Positions 26,871 to 36,063 of a stretch of 64,000 nt of DNA are shown piece after piece. The notes below the pieces were generated by a model. That model was not told the DNA's origin, did not search any database, and saw only the letters and a list, made by a program, of their open reading frames with translations. The position numbers and the translations under genes are program-made. Origin of the DNA: an uncultured bacterium (GTDB lineage: Bacteria > Hydrothermota > Tepidihabitantia > Tepidihabitantales > DTDR01). Each line of letters begins with the position of its first letter. The stretch's first letter is position 1. Location: assembly GCA_938040315.1 (NCBI GenBank), contig CALHQW010000015.1, positions 13,729 to 77,728 of the forward strand. Direction: 5' to 3'.

Positions 26871-27677
26871 ATGAAAGTAACGATTGATTTATTGTTAAAA
26901 ATGAAAGAGAAAAAGGAAAAAATTGTGGCTCTTACTGCCTATGATTATCTTACCGCAAAAATTTTAGATGAAATAGGCATAGATTTAATATTAGTTGGTG
27001 ACTCTGCTGCTAATGTAATTTTTGGTTATGAAACTACTTTACCTATTAATCTTTCAGAAATGTTAATATTTACTTCCGCGGTGGCTCGGGGAGTAAAAAG
27101 AGCGTTTATTGTCGGTGATATGCCTTTTTTATCTTATCAAATATCTAAAGAAGAGGCGTTAAAAAATGCTGGTTTATTTTTAAAAGCCGGTGCTCAAGGA
27201 GTAAAATTAGAAGGAGGTGAGCAGGTTTTACCAATTGTTGAACATTTGGTTAAATTTGGAATTCCTGTTATGGGACATTTAGGATTAACACCTCAGTTTG
27301 TGTATCAGTTAGGCGGATACAAATTACAAGCCCGAACAAAAGAGGAACAAGAAAAATTATTAAAAGAAGCCCTTTTATTGGAATCGGCTGGCTGTTTTGC
27401 AATAGTTTTAGAAAAAATTCCGATGGAAGTAGCTAAAAGAGTTACGGAAAAATTAAAAATCCCAACAATCGGTATTGGTGCTGGTCCTTATTGTGACGGT
27501 CAAATTCTTGTTCTTCACGATATGTTGGGACTTAGTGAAAAGAAATTCAAATTCGTTAAAAGATATACCGATTTATCGACAATAATAAAAAAAGCAGTAA
27601 AAGAATATTTAGAAGATGTAAAAAGAGGAGAATTTCCTCAGGAAGAACATAGTTTTAAAGCCGATGAGAGTTGTTAA
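26871..27677 (+). CDS. panB: 3-methyl-2-oxobutanoate hydroxymethyltransferase
   Basis: LTAYDY, VGDSAANV, KLEGG, GHLGLTPQ. Confidence 0.85.
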   Translation: MKVTIDLLLKMKEKKEKIVALTAYDYLTAKILDEIGIDLILVGDSAANVIFGYETTLPINLSEMLIFTSAVARGVKRAFIVGDMPFLSYQISKEEALKNAGLFLKAGAQGVKLEGGEQVLPIVEHLVKFGIPVMGHLGLTPQFVYQLGGYKLQARTKEEQEKLLKEALLLESAGCFAIVLEKIPMEVAKRVTEKLKIPTIGIGAGPYCDGQILVLHDMLGLSEKKFKFVKRYTDLSTIIKKAVKEYLEDVKRGEFPQEEHSFKADESC

Positions 27678-28512
27678 AAAAATAAAAGAGATGAAAAAGA
27701 TTGCTGACCAATTAAGAAAGGAAGGGAAAATCATTGGCTTTGTGCCAACAATGGGATATCTCCACGAAGGACACTTAAGTCTAGTTAAAATTGCTAAAAG
27801 AAAAAGCGATGTTTGTGTTGTCAGTATTTTCGTGAATCCTTTACAATTCGGTCCAAAAGAAGATTATCATACTTATCCAAGAAATTTTAAAAGAGATAAA
27901 AAATTATTAACTGCTTTAGGCGTTGATATTATTTTTTATCCTAGTGAAAAAGAGATTTATCCGGAACCTTGTTTAACCTCTGTGCAAGTTAAAAAACTTT
28001 CAGAAGGACTTTGTGGTCGTGTTCGCCCTGGCCATTTTGAAGGAGTAGCAACAATCGTTACCAAATTGTTTAATATTGTAAAACCCCATATTGCGGTTTT
28101 TGGTCAAAAGGATTATCAACAAGCGATTATTATAAAAAAAATGGTAAAGGACTTAAATTTTGATATCAAAATTATCATTGCTCCAACAATTCGCGAAAAA
28201 AATGGCTTAGCTTGCAGTTCTCGAAATATTTATCTTAATGAAAAAGAAAGAAAAGAAGCAACGGTACTTTATCAGTCATTAAGATTAGCAAAAAAAATGA
28301 TAAAAGAAGGTGAAAGAAATTCAGAAAGAATAATTAAAGAAATGAAAAAACTTATTACTACTAAAAGTTCTGGTAAAATTGATTATATTGAAATTGTTGA
28401 TGCAAAAACGTTAGCACCGGTAAAAAAAATTAGTGGTAAAGTTTGTATCGCCCTGGCAGTCTTTTTTGGGAAAGCCCGTCTAATTGATAATATCTTAGTT
28501 CAATCGGGATAA
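27664..28512 (+). CDS. panC: pantoate--beta-alanine ligase
   Basis: GFVPTMGYLHEGHLSL, FGQKDYQQ. Confidence 0.85.
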   Translation: MRVVKKIKEMKKIADQLRKEGKIIGFVPTMGYLHEGHLSLVKIAKRKSDVCVVSIFVNPLQFGPKEDYHTYPRNFKRDKKLLTALGVDIIFYPSEKEIYPEPCLTSVQVKKLSEGLCGRVRPGHFEGVATIVTKLFNIVKPHIAVFGQKDYQQAIIIKKMVKDLNFDIKIIIAPTIREKNGLACSSRNIYLNEKERKEATVLYQSLRLAKKMIKEGERNSERIIKEMKKLITTKSSGKIDYIEIVDAKTLAPVKKISGKVCIALAVFFGKARLIDNILVQSG

Positions 28513-29480
28513 CCAAAAGGAAAATTTTTCTGCCATTCAAAAGTATCTTTAATAATTATTTTTAAGTCACCCCTCTCTCTTTTCCATCCCAATTCTTTTT
28601 TTATCTTTTCTGAGGAAGCAATCAATATTGGCACATCTCCCGGCCTCCTTTCCACGATTTCGTAAGGAATCTTTTTACCAATAACCTCACAAGCCGTTTC
28701 AAAGACTTCCTTTACTGAATAACCCTTTTCACTACCCAAATTGTAAACTTCGCTTTTCTCTTCTTTAAGAAGTTTTTTTAATGCTAAAATATGAGCAATT
28801 GCTAAATCGTACACATGGATATAATCTCTAATGCAGGTCCCGTCTTTTGTTGGATAATCATCACCATAAATTTTAAAAATCCTTTCTTTTCCCAATGCTG
28901 CTTTCACAATTAAAGGGATTAAATGAGTCTCTGGTCGATGGTCTTCTCCTAAATTGTCATAAGCACCAGCCACATTGAAATATCTTAAGGAAATAAATTT
29001 TAAACCACAATATTTTTCATATGAAAAAAGCAACTCCTCAATTAATCTTTTGGTTTCTCCATAAGGGTTTATTGGCAATAAAGGATGATTTTCCCTAATT
29101 GGCAGAGAAAGTGGCTCACCATAAACCGCTGCCGAAGAAGAAAAGATTATTTTATAACATCCATTTTCGCACATACTATTAAGTAAATTTATACAATTTT
29201 TCACATTATTATCAAAGAAAATAGTAGGATATTTTACTGATTCACCCACTTCAATATAAGAAGCAAAATGGAGAACCGCTTCTATTGGATATGTTTTAAA
29301 AACTTCCAAAAGCAAATCTTTGTCAGCCAAATCACCTTTAATAAAAATTGCTCTTTTATCAATCGCTGATAAATGTCCCCGTGATAGATTATCGTAAACA
29401 ATTACTTCATAATCATTTTCAACCAACAATCTAACGACTACTGAACCTATATACCCACCACCACCAGTAACAAAAATCAT
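28500..29480 (-). CDS. galE: UDP-glucose 4-epimerase (extended SDR)
   Basis: MIFVTGGGGYIGS, YGETK (YxxxK), NVAGA. Confidence 0.75.
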   Translation of the reverse strand: MIFVTGGGGYIGSVVVRLLVENDYEVIVYDNLSRGHLSAIDKRAIFIKGDLADKDLLLEVFKTYPIEAVLHFASYIEVGESVKYPTIFFDNNVKNCINLLNSMCENGCYKIIFSSSAAVYGEPLSLPIRENHPLLPINPYGETKRLIEELLFSYEKYCGLKFISLRYFNVAGAYDNLGEDHRPETHLIPLIVKAALGKERIFKIYGDDYPTKDGTCIRDYIHVYDLAIAHILALKKLLKEEKSEVYNLGSEKGYSVKEVFETACEVIGKKIPYEIVERRPGDVPILIASSEKIKKELGWKRERGDLKIIIKDTFEWQKNFPFGYPD

Positions 29481-29483
29481 CTA

Positions 29484-30110
29484 CTAATACGCTCCGTTTC
29501 CCGAAAAAAGCACTGAGATAGTTTTTAAGATAATTTTTATATCTAAACGCAAACTTTTTTTACGAATATATTCCATATCTAAAGCTACCCTTTCTTCATA
29601 AGATAAATTATTTCTGCCAGAAACCTGCCAAAGTCCAGTTAATCCAGGTTTTTCTTTTAAGAGCAATGGTAAGTATTTCCCATATTTCACCTTCTCTTCT
29701 TCCACAATTGGTCTTGGTCCTACAAAACTCATTTCACCTTTCAAGATATTTATTAGTTGCGGCAACTCATCCAGACTAGTTTTTCGTAATATTCTTCCAA
29801 TTGGTGTTACCCTTGGGTCATTTTTTAATTTATATCCATTTTCAAATTCTTCTCGGGCTTGGGCATCCTTTTTTAAGATTTCCGGCAAAAGTTTTTCAGC
29901 GCCATCCAACATTGTCCGAAATTTATATAAATAAAAAGGTTTGCCATGTTGCCCGACCCTTTTGTGTTTATAAAAAAGTGGACCCGGAGAAGTAAGTTTA
30001 ATTATTAAAAAAATTATTAAAAAAAGAGGAAAAGCAAATATTGAAACAATAAAAAGTAATAATAAATCTAAATACTTTTTATATTTATAATAGATTTCTT
30101 CTTTTCCCAT
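29484..30110 (-). CDS. minimal (PglC-like) polyprenyl-phosphate phosphoglycosyl transferase
   Basis: 208 aa, one N-terminal membrane helix. Bacterial sugar-transferase motifs KFRTM, LDELPQLINILKGEMSFVGPRP. Confidence 0.8.
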   Translation of the reverse strand: MGKEEIYYKYKKYLDLLLLFIVSIFAFPLFLIIFLIIKLTSPGPLFYKHKRVGQHGKPFYLYKFRTMLDGAEKLLPEILKKDAQAREEFENGYKLKNDPRVTPIGRILRKTSLDELPQLINILKGEMSFVGPRPIVEEEKVKYGKYLPLLLKEKPGLTGLWQVSGRNNLSYEERVALDMEYIRKKSLRLDIKIILKTISVLFSGNGAY

Positions 30111-30268
30111 ACAAAACCTTTATATTCTATAAACCCTCCTTTTTAAACCTTCAAACACTAAAATTATGATATCAAAATTTTTTGAAAAGTCAAGAAAAAA
30201 ATAATAGTGTTTTACATTAGAACAAATATTATTGACTTTAAATTTTATCAAAATTAAAATTTTATTTA

Positions 30269-33250
30269 ATGAATATTTTTTTCCTTTGTTTTTATTTATC
30301 TTCCAATTTGAAAATTGAAGAGACTTTTATAATAAAGGATAGTTGTGTCACAATCTATTTAAAAAATTATCCAATTATTAAAAATTCGGAAACCCTTTAC
30401 TTTCGTAAAGAATTTATTAAAAAATTAAATTATTTTATTAACTATGAAAAGGGAGTTATCGAACTCAAAAGAATATGGCCTTCCCTTCCTTGTACTATTA
30501 AAATTACCTATTTTTATTTACCCTTTTCTAAATCTTTTTTATCTTTTCCTATTATAAAAAAGAAGATAAAAACTGATTCCTTTTTAATCTCTCCTTCAAT
30601 TAATGAAACTACTTTTAATACTTCCTCTTCTGATATTACTTTTGGTGGAGAAAAGGAGATTAAATTAAATTACCATAATAAAGAGGGAATAAACCTTGTC
30701 CAACAGACAAATTTCTCTTTAAATGGTAATATTAATGGTATAAATTTTGAAGGCTTCCTTTATGGTAAAGAAAATAAAGAAGAAGGTTTTTCAGTAAAAG
30801 AATTAGATAATTCTTATTTAAAAATGAAAACAAGAAACTTCTTTTTAACCTGGGGAAACCAATCCAAAGAAATAGATTTTTTTCCTTTCGGAAAATTTTA
30901 CTCTCAAGGTCAAGGGGCTTCTCTTTTACAAACAAATACTTATGAAACTATTTATTTCCATTATTTAACAACTCCTTTCAAATATGAAAAAATCCAATTT
31001 TACGGCAAAGATTTCATTCAAGGACCTTATTATTTGAAAGAAAATAAATTAATAAAAATTTTACCTAATAGTGAAAGGGTATATTTAAATGGTAAGTTAT
31101 TAAAAAGAGGTATGGATGGTGATTATTTAATTGATTACGAATTTGGGTTTATAACTTTTACTAATCGCCAGATCATTACTTCCCGGAATTTTATTGAAAT
31201 AGATTTTTTATATGAAGAAGAGATTTATGAAAAAGATAATTATTGTTTAAATTTCTTAACTGCTCGTTTACCAATAAAAACTAATATAAGTTGGTATTGG
31301 GAAAAAGATAAAGTTAAAAGAGAACTTTTTGATGAGGAAACAAAAAATTATCTTGTAAAAATTGGTAACGACACAGCAAAGGCTTATGTGAATTCTGCTC
31401 GCTATGTTGGTAAAAATAATGGTGATTATGAAAAAGTCAATGAAATATTTTTCTATGTGGGCGAAAATAAAGGAAGTTATTTGGTAAATTTTACCTTTGT
31501 TGGCGAAAGTGTAGGAGATTATGAATACGATAATATTAAAAATTGTTATTACTATGTAGGTAAAAGTAAAGGGAAATATCTTCCTTATTCTAAGATAAAT
31601 TTGCCAAAAGAAAATCTTTTTACTTTAATTAATTTTGAAATCCCATTTAATGAAAATTTAAATTTTCAATTTGGCGGAATTATTAATAAAAAAGATGAAA
31701 ATATTTTTTCACCTTACGGTGATACAAATTGTTATAGTTACGGAAGTAATCTTGCTCTTTCTTATCGCCGAGAGAAAATCTTTTGGTCTCTCCAAAATTT
31801 TAACCTATTTAAAAATTACCAAATTCTTTCTCAATTAAAAAATGAAGAATTTATTAATTTTTCTCTGAAAAACAAAACATCTCTTCAAATAGATTTTTCC
31901 CCTAATAAAGATTTAAGTTTTTTTAATAAATTAGAATTAATAAAAAAAGGGAAAGATTGGAATTATTTTGGAACAAGCGAAGTTAACTTCTTTTTTAACA
32001 AAATCATTTTAAAAAAAGACCATTATAATAAAAATTTTTTTTCTTTCTTAATATCGCCAATTTATCACTTTTTTAATCTAACTTATTCTTTTGCCTATCA
32101 AAGAGATAGTAATGATAAATATTTTTTAATTCATTTCTTAGGTACCGATTTTTATTTTAAGGAAAGTAAATTTTTTTTAAGTTATGAAATAGAGAGGGGG
32201 AGAGAGAAGCAAAGTCTAAATAAAAAAAAGAAAATTGTTAAATTTGGTATCACTAACAAAAATAATCCCCAAGGTTCCTTCATTATCGGCTTTTTAGAAA
32301 AATCGTTTTTTTCTGATTTTGACTTTAATTATTCTTTTAAAAATATTTTCCAATTTGTTTTTTCTCAAAGATTTACCAATGAAGAAGAGGTGATTAAAGA
32401 AATAAGATTTATCAAGGTAAAAAAGGGAGAAGGTAACTATTCAAAAGATACTCTAACTAATCAATATTATCCCGATTCTCTCGGTGAATATCGGAAAGAA
32501 ATTATTCCTTTAAGGAAAGAAAAAAGAATTTCAAAAATGGAATTCAATAATAATTTTATTTGGCTACCAATTAAAAAAGTAAAATTAAGTTTTTCTTCAA
32601 ATTTTGCTTACCCTCAAAATTTGGATTATCAATTTTTAACAGATTATTTCCTTAGAGAAAATTTGGTAATAAATTATAAAATAAATTATTTTCAAAAAGA
32701 AAATAAAGATTTGGTATTTGAAAATTATAAAACCAAAAAGATAGAAAATTTTTTTTCCATTAAAAAAGAAGTATCAAAATTGTTAAACCTTACAGGCCTT
32801 TTTCTATTTGAGAAAGGAGAAAAGAAAAAGAGTGAAATTTATTACCGAAAAGAAAAGAATTATGGGTTTTTTAATCTTTTTGAATTCAAAGAAAACTATA
32901 ATTTAAGTATAAAGCCAAACGTTTTTTTCCTCTATTATCAATATCTTTTACCTTTTAAAAAAGATTATTTAATCAAAAAAATTGGTCTTAATTTAGAAAA
33001 AAATAACGAAATTTTAAAAGATTTCTGTTTGACTATCTCTTTAGAAATAGTCTATCGAATCTATCAAAAAGAAAGTTTACCTTTAGAATTAGTTCATTAT
33101 GAACCAAAAGGAATTTCTCGTAATCTCTCTATTTCGCTTACAAAAAATTTAAATCAAAACTTTTTCTTTAATTGGGAATTTAGTTATTTAAAAGGGGGGT
33201 TTAAAGAGAAAGAGCTAAAAATCAGTTTTTCTTCTCGGCTTTTTTTATAA
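30269..33250 (+). CDS. large (993 aa) beta-strand-rich hypothetical protein, probable cell-envelope/outer-membrane protein, with internal YVGxxxGxY tandem repeats
   Basis: Short hydrophobic N-terminus. Asn/Tyr/Phe/Lys-rich with alternating aromatic pattern. Four about 16-aa tandem repeats (YVGKNNGDYEKV / YVGENKGSYLVN / FVGESVGDYEYD / YVGKSKGKYLPY) at about aa 378-440. No catalytic motifs. Confidence 0.4.
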   Translation: MNIFFLCFYLSSNLKIEETFIIKDSCVTIYLKNYPIIKNSETLYFRKEFIKKLNYFINYEKGVIELKRIWPSLPCTIKITYFYLPFSKSFLSFPIIKKKIKTDSFLISPSINETTFNTSSSDITFGGEKEIKLNYHNKEGINLVQQTNFSLNGNINGINFEGFLYGKENKEEGFSVKELDNSYLKMKTRNFFLTWGNQSKEIDFFPFGKFYSQGQGASLLQTNTYETIYFHYLTTPFKYEKIQFYGKDFIQGPYYLKENKLIKILPNSERVYLNGKLLKRGMDGDYLIDYEFGFITFTNRQIITSRNFIEIDFLYEEEIYEKDNYCLNFLTARLPIKTNISWYWEKDKVKRELFDEETKNYLVKIGNDTAKAYVNSARYVGKNNGDYEKVNEIFFYVGENKGSYLVNFTFVGESVGDYEYDNIKNCYYYVGKSKGKYLPYSKINLPKENLFTLINFEIPFNENLNFQFGGIINKKDENIFSPYGDTNCYSYGSNLALSYRREKIFWSLQNFNLFKNYQILSQLKNEEFINFSLKNKTSLQIDFSPNKDLSFFNKLELIKKGKDWNYFGTSEVNFFFNKIILKKDHYNKNFFSFLISPIYHFFNLTYSFAYQRDSNDKYFLIHFLGTDFYFKESKFFLSYEIERGREKQSLNKKKKIVKFGITNKNNPQGSFIIGFLEKSFFSDFDFNYSFKNIFQFVFSQRFTNEEEVIKEIRFIKVKKGEGNYSKDTLTNQYYPDSLGEYRKEIIPLRKEKRISKMEFNNNFIWLPIKKVKLSFSSNFAYPQNLDYQFLTDYFLRENLVINYKINYFQKENKDLVFENYKTKKIENFFSIKKEVSKLLNLTGLFLFEKGEKKKSEIYYRKEKNYGFFNLFEFKENYNLSIKPNVFFLYYQYLLPFKKDYLIKKIGLNLEKNNEILKDFCLTISLEIVYRIYQKESLPLELVHYEPKGISRNLSISLTKNLNQNFFFNWEFSYLKGGFKEKELKISFSSRLFL

Positions 33251-33295
33251 TCTAAAAATTGATTTTTTTAAGAAAGGAGGGTAAAATTTACTTAA

Positions 33296-33368
33296 GCGCC
33301 TGTAGCTCAGTGGATAGAGCGGCGGACTCCGGATCCGCAGGTCGCGCGTTCAAATCGCGTCAGGCGCT
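33296..33368 (+). tRNA. tRNA-Arg (anticodon CCG)
   Basis: gcgcctg ta gctcagtggatagagc g gcgga ctCCGga tccgc aggtc gcgcg ttcaaat cgcgt caggcgc t. Perfect 7-bp acceptor stem, anticodon loop CTCCGGA, T-loop TTCAAAT. CCA is not encoded. Confidence 0.85.
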
Positions 33369-33386
33369 TTTAATAAATTAAAAATT

Positions 33387-33905
33387 ATGGAATTTTATGA
33401 AATAATTAAAAAAAGGAAAAGCATAAGAAGTTATAAACCTGATCCTATTCCTAAAGAAGTTTTAGAAAGAATCTTAGAAGCCGGACGCTTAGCCCCATCT
33501 GCAAAGAATATTCAACCTTGGAAATTTATTGTAATCGATGATCAAAAAATTAAAGAAGAATTAGTTACTGCTTGTCGAAATCAGAAATTTATTGCGGAAG
33601 CGCCAATTGTTATATGCATCGTCGCCTTAGAAAAAATTGCTTGGGGAAGAATGGGAGGCTATTGGAGTTCTTACCCGGTTGATTGTGCAATTGCTATGGA
33701 ACATATTATTTTGGCAGCCACTAATGAAGGTTTAGGAACTTGTTGGATTGGTGCGTATGACGAGAAGGAAGTAAAAAGAATCTTAAAATGTCCCGAGGAT
33801 GTAAAAATTATTGCTTTAACTCCTTTAGGATATCCTAACGAAGACCCGCCACCTCGAAGCAGAAAAGCTCTCTCAGAAATCGTTTGTTATAATCAGTATC
33901 AATAA
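33387..33905 (+). CDS. nitroreductase-family flavoprotein
   Basis: RKSIRSYKPDPIPKEVLERILEAGRLAPSAKNIQPWKFIVI. Confidence 0.75.
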   Translation: MEFYEIIKKRKSIRSYKPDPIPKEVLERILEAGRLAPSAKNIQPWKFIVIDDQKIKEELVTACRNQKFIAEAPIVICIVALEKIAWGRMGGYWSSYPVDCAIAMEHIILAATNEGLGTCWIGAYDEKEVKRILKCPEDVKIIALTPLGYPNEDPPPRSRKALSEIVCYNQYQ

Positions 33906-33908
33906 TTT

Positions 33909-34349
33909 TTATATATCTTTTTCCATTATCCAGGCATCTTCACCATCCCTATAATAACCTTTTCTTAAATAACTATATTTGAAACCTAATTTTTGGTAAA
34001 ATTTTTGAGCACCAATATTGGAAACTCTCGTTTCTAAATAAATTTTTTTTATTTCTCTTAAATGAGCAATGGAAATTATTTCTTTCATTAACTTTGTACC
34101 CACTCCTTTTTTTTGATAATTTCTATCAACTGAGATATTTGCTAAATGTAACTCATCAATTATCTCCCAAGCAATAAGATAACCTACTACTTTGTTATTA
34201 ATTTCGGCAACTAAACAATAAGTATTAGGTCTTCTTAAATCATAAACAAAATAACTTTTTTTCCAAGGAAATTTAAAATTTTCTTTTTCAATTCTTAAAA
34301 CTTCTTCTAAATCTTTATCTTTCATCCATCTAATTTTTATTTCTTCCAT
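33909..34349 (-). CDS. GNAT N-acetyltransferase (RimI-like ribosomal-protein-alanine acetyltransferase)
   Basis: Acetyl-CoA motif QKKGVGTKLM (Q/RxxGxG/A). Confidence 0.6.
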   Translation of the reverse strand: MEEIKIRWMKDKDLEEVLRIEKENFKFPWKKSYFVYDLRRPNTYCLVAEINNKVVGYLIAWEIIDELHLANISVDRNYQKKGVGTKLMKEIISIAHLREIKKIYLETRVSNIGAQKFYQKLGFKYSYLRKGYYRDGEDAWIMEKDI

Positions 34350-34443
34350 ATTATGCTTTTATTTTATAATATGATATAATAACCGTGGTGAAAATTCAAA
34401 TTATTATCTTGATAAATTTTATAATTTTGTTAAACTTTATTTT

Positions 34444-35100
34444 ATGAAAATAATATTATTTGGTCCACCAGGAAGCGGCAAAGGGACACAAGCTGAATTG
34501 TTAAAAGAAAAAGAAGGATTTTACCATTTTTCTACCGGCGATTTTTTTCGACAAGAAATTGCTAAACAAACTTCTTTGGGCGAAAAAGTGAGATACTACT
34601 TAGAAAAGGGTTTATTAATTCCTGATGAAGTTGTCATTGAAATTGTAGAAAATTTTTTGGAAAGAAATTATGATAAAAAAATTGTTTTTGATGGTTATCC
34701 CCGAACTATCTCTCAAGCTGTTTCTTTAGATCAATTTCTTTTACAAAAAAATAAAAAAATAAATTTTTGTTTTCTTATTGAGTTAAGTGAAGAAGAGATT
34801 ATTAAAAGATTAACTGCTCGAAGGATTTGTGAAAATTGTGGAGCAATTTATAATTTAAATTTTAAGAGACCAAAGATAGAAAATTTTTGCGACTTTTGTA
34901 ATAACAAATTAATCCAAAGAGAGGATGATAAAGAAGAAATAATTAGGGAAAGAATTGCTGTTTATTATAAAAATACTTTACCTTTAATAGAGTATTACGA
35001 AAAGAGAAATAGTTTATATCGGATAAACGGCGATTTAGGAAGAGATTATGTACATTTTGAAATTATGAAGATAATTAAAAATTATGGCGATTTATATTAA
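34444..35100 (+). CDS. adk: adenylate kinase (zinc-lid type)
   Basis: IILFGPPGSGKGTQA. Lid CENCGAIYN...CDFCNNKL. Confidence 0.85.
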   Translation: MKIILFGPPGSGKGTQAELLKEKEGFYHFSTGDFFRQEIAKQTSLGEKVRYYLEKGLLIPDEVVIEIVENFLERNYDKKIVFDGYPRTISQAVSLDQFLLQKNKKINFCFLIELSEEEIIKRLTARRICENCGAIYNLNFKRPKIENFCDFCNNKLIQREDDKEEIIRERIAVYYKNTLPLIEYYEKRNSLYRINGDLGRDYVHFEIMKIIKNYGDLY

Positions 35101-35839
35101 ATCAAAAAGGGAAATTGATAAAATAAGAGAAGCAGGGAAAATTGTGGCAAAGACTTTTAAATTAATTGAAAAAGAGATAAAACCGGGAATAAGTTTAAAA
35201 GAAATAGAAAAAATTTGTGCCGATTTTATTTACTCTCAAAAGGCCTATCCAGCATTTTTAGGATATAAAGGGTTTCCTTCTGCCATATGTATTAGTTTAA
35301 ATGAAGAAGTTGTCCATGGTATTCCGGATGATCGGATTTTAAAGGAAGGCGATGTTGTTAAAATTGATATTGGTGTAAAAAAAGATGGTTACTATGCGGA
35401 TGGAGCAAAAACTTTTATATGTAAAAAAGTCCCTAACCAAATTAAAAAATTGATCGAAGTAACCGAAAAAGCCCTTTATTTAGGAATTGAAGAGGCTTAC
35501 GAAAATAATCCTCTATTAGCAATTAGTAAAAAAATTCAAAATTATGTAGAAAAAAATGGTTTTTTTATTGTTCGTGAATTATGCGGCCACGGCGTTGGCT
35601 TACAACTTCATGAAGACCCCATAATACCTAATTATTATTCTCCTCAAATGAATGGATTAATTTTAAAAGCTGGAATGACTTTGGCAATCGAACCAATGGT
35701 AAATTTGGGAACAGAGAAGGTTGTTACTAAAAAAAATGGTTGGACAGTTGTTACTGCTGATAGCAGCTGTTCAGCTCATTTTGAACATACTATTTTAGTT
35801 GGTAAAAAAAGAGCAGAAATATTGACACTTAATGAGTAA
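35084..35839 (+). CDS. map: type I methionine aminopeptidase
   Basis: Metal ligands in [28 protein letters not shown]. Confidence 0.85.
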   Translation: MAIYIKSKREIDKIREAGKIVAKTFKLIEKEIKPGISLKEIEKICADFIYSQKAYPAFLGYKGFPSAICISLNEEVVHGIPDDRILKEGDVVKIDIGVKKDGYYADGAKTFICKKVPNQIKKLIEVTEKALYLGIEEAYENNPLLAISKKIQNYVEKNGFFIVRELCGHGVGLQLHEDPIIPNYYSPQMNGLILKAGMTLAIEPMVNLGTEKVVTKKNGWTVVTADSSCSAHFEHTILVGKKRAEILTLNE

Positions 35840-36062
35840 AGAAGAAAAAAAGAAAAATGTTATTCAAATGGATGGTACAGTTATCGAAGTATTACCTAAT
35901 GCTTTCTTCCGTGTTCAATTAGATAATGGTCATATTGTCTTGGCACATGCTTCCGGGAAAATGAGAATTCATTTTATTAAAGTAGTAAAAGGCGATCGTG
36001 TCACTGTCGAACTTTCTCCCTACGATTTAACTCGGGGGCGAATTATTTACCGCTATAAATAA
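35832..36062 (+). CDS. infA: translation initiation factor IF-1
   Basis: [29 protein letters not shown]...[18 protein letters not shown]. Confidence 0.9.
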   Translation: MSKEEKKKNVIQMDGTVIEVLPNAFFRVQLDNGHIVLAHASGKMRIHFIKVVKGDRVTVELSPYDLTRGRIIYRYK

Positions 36063-36063
36063 A

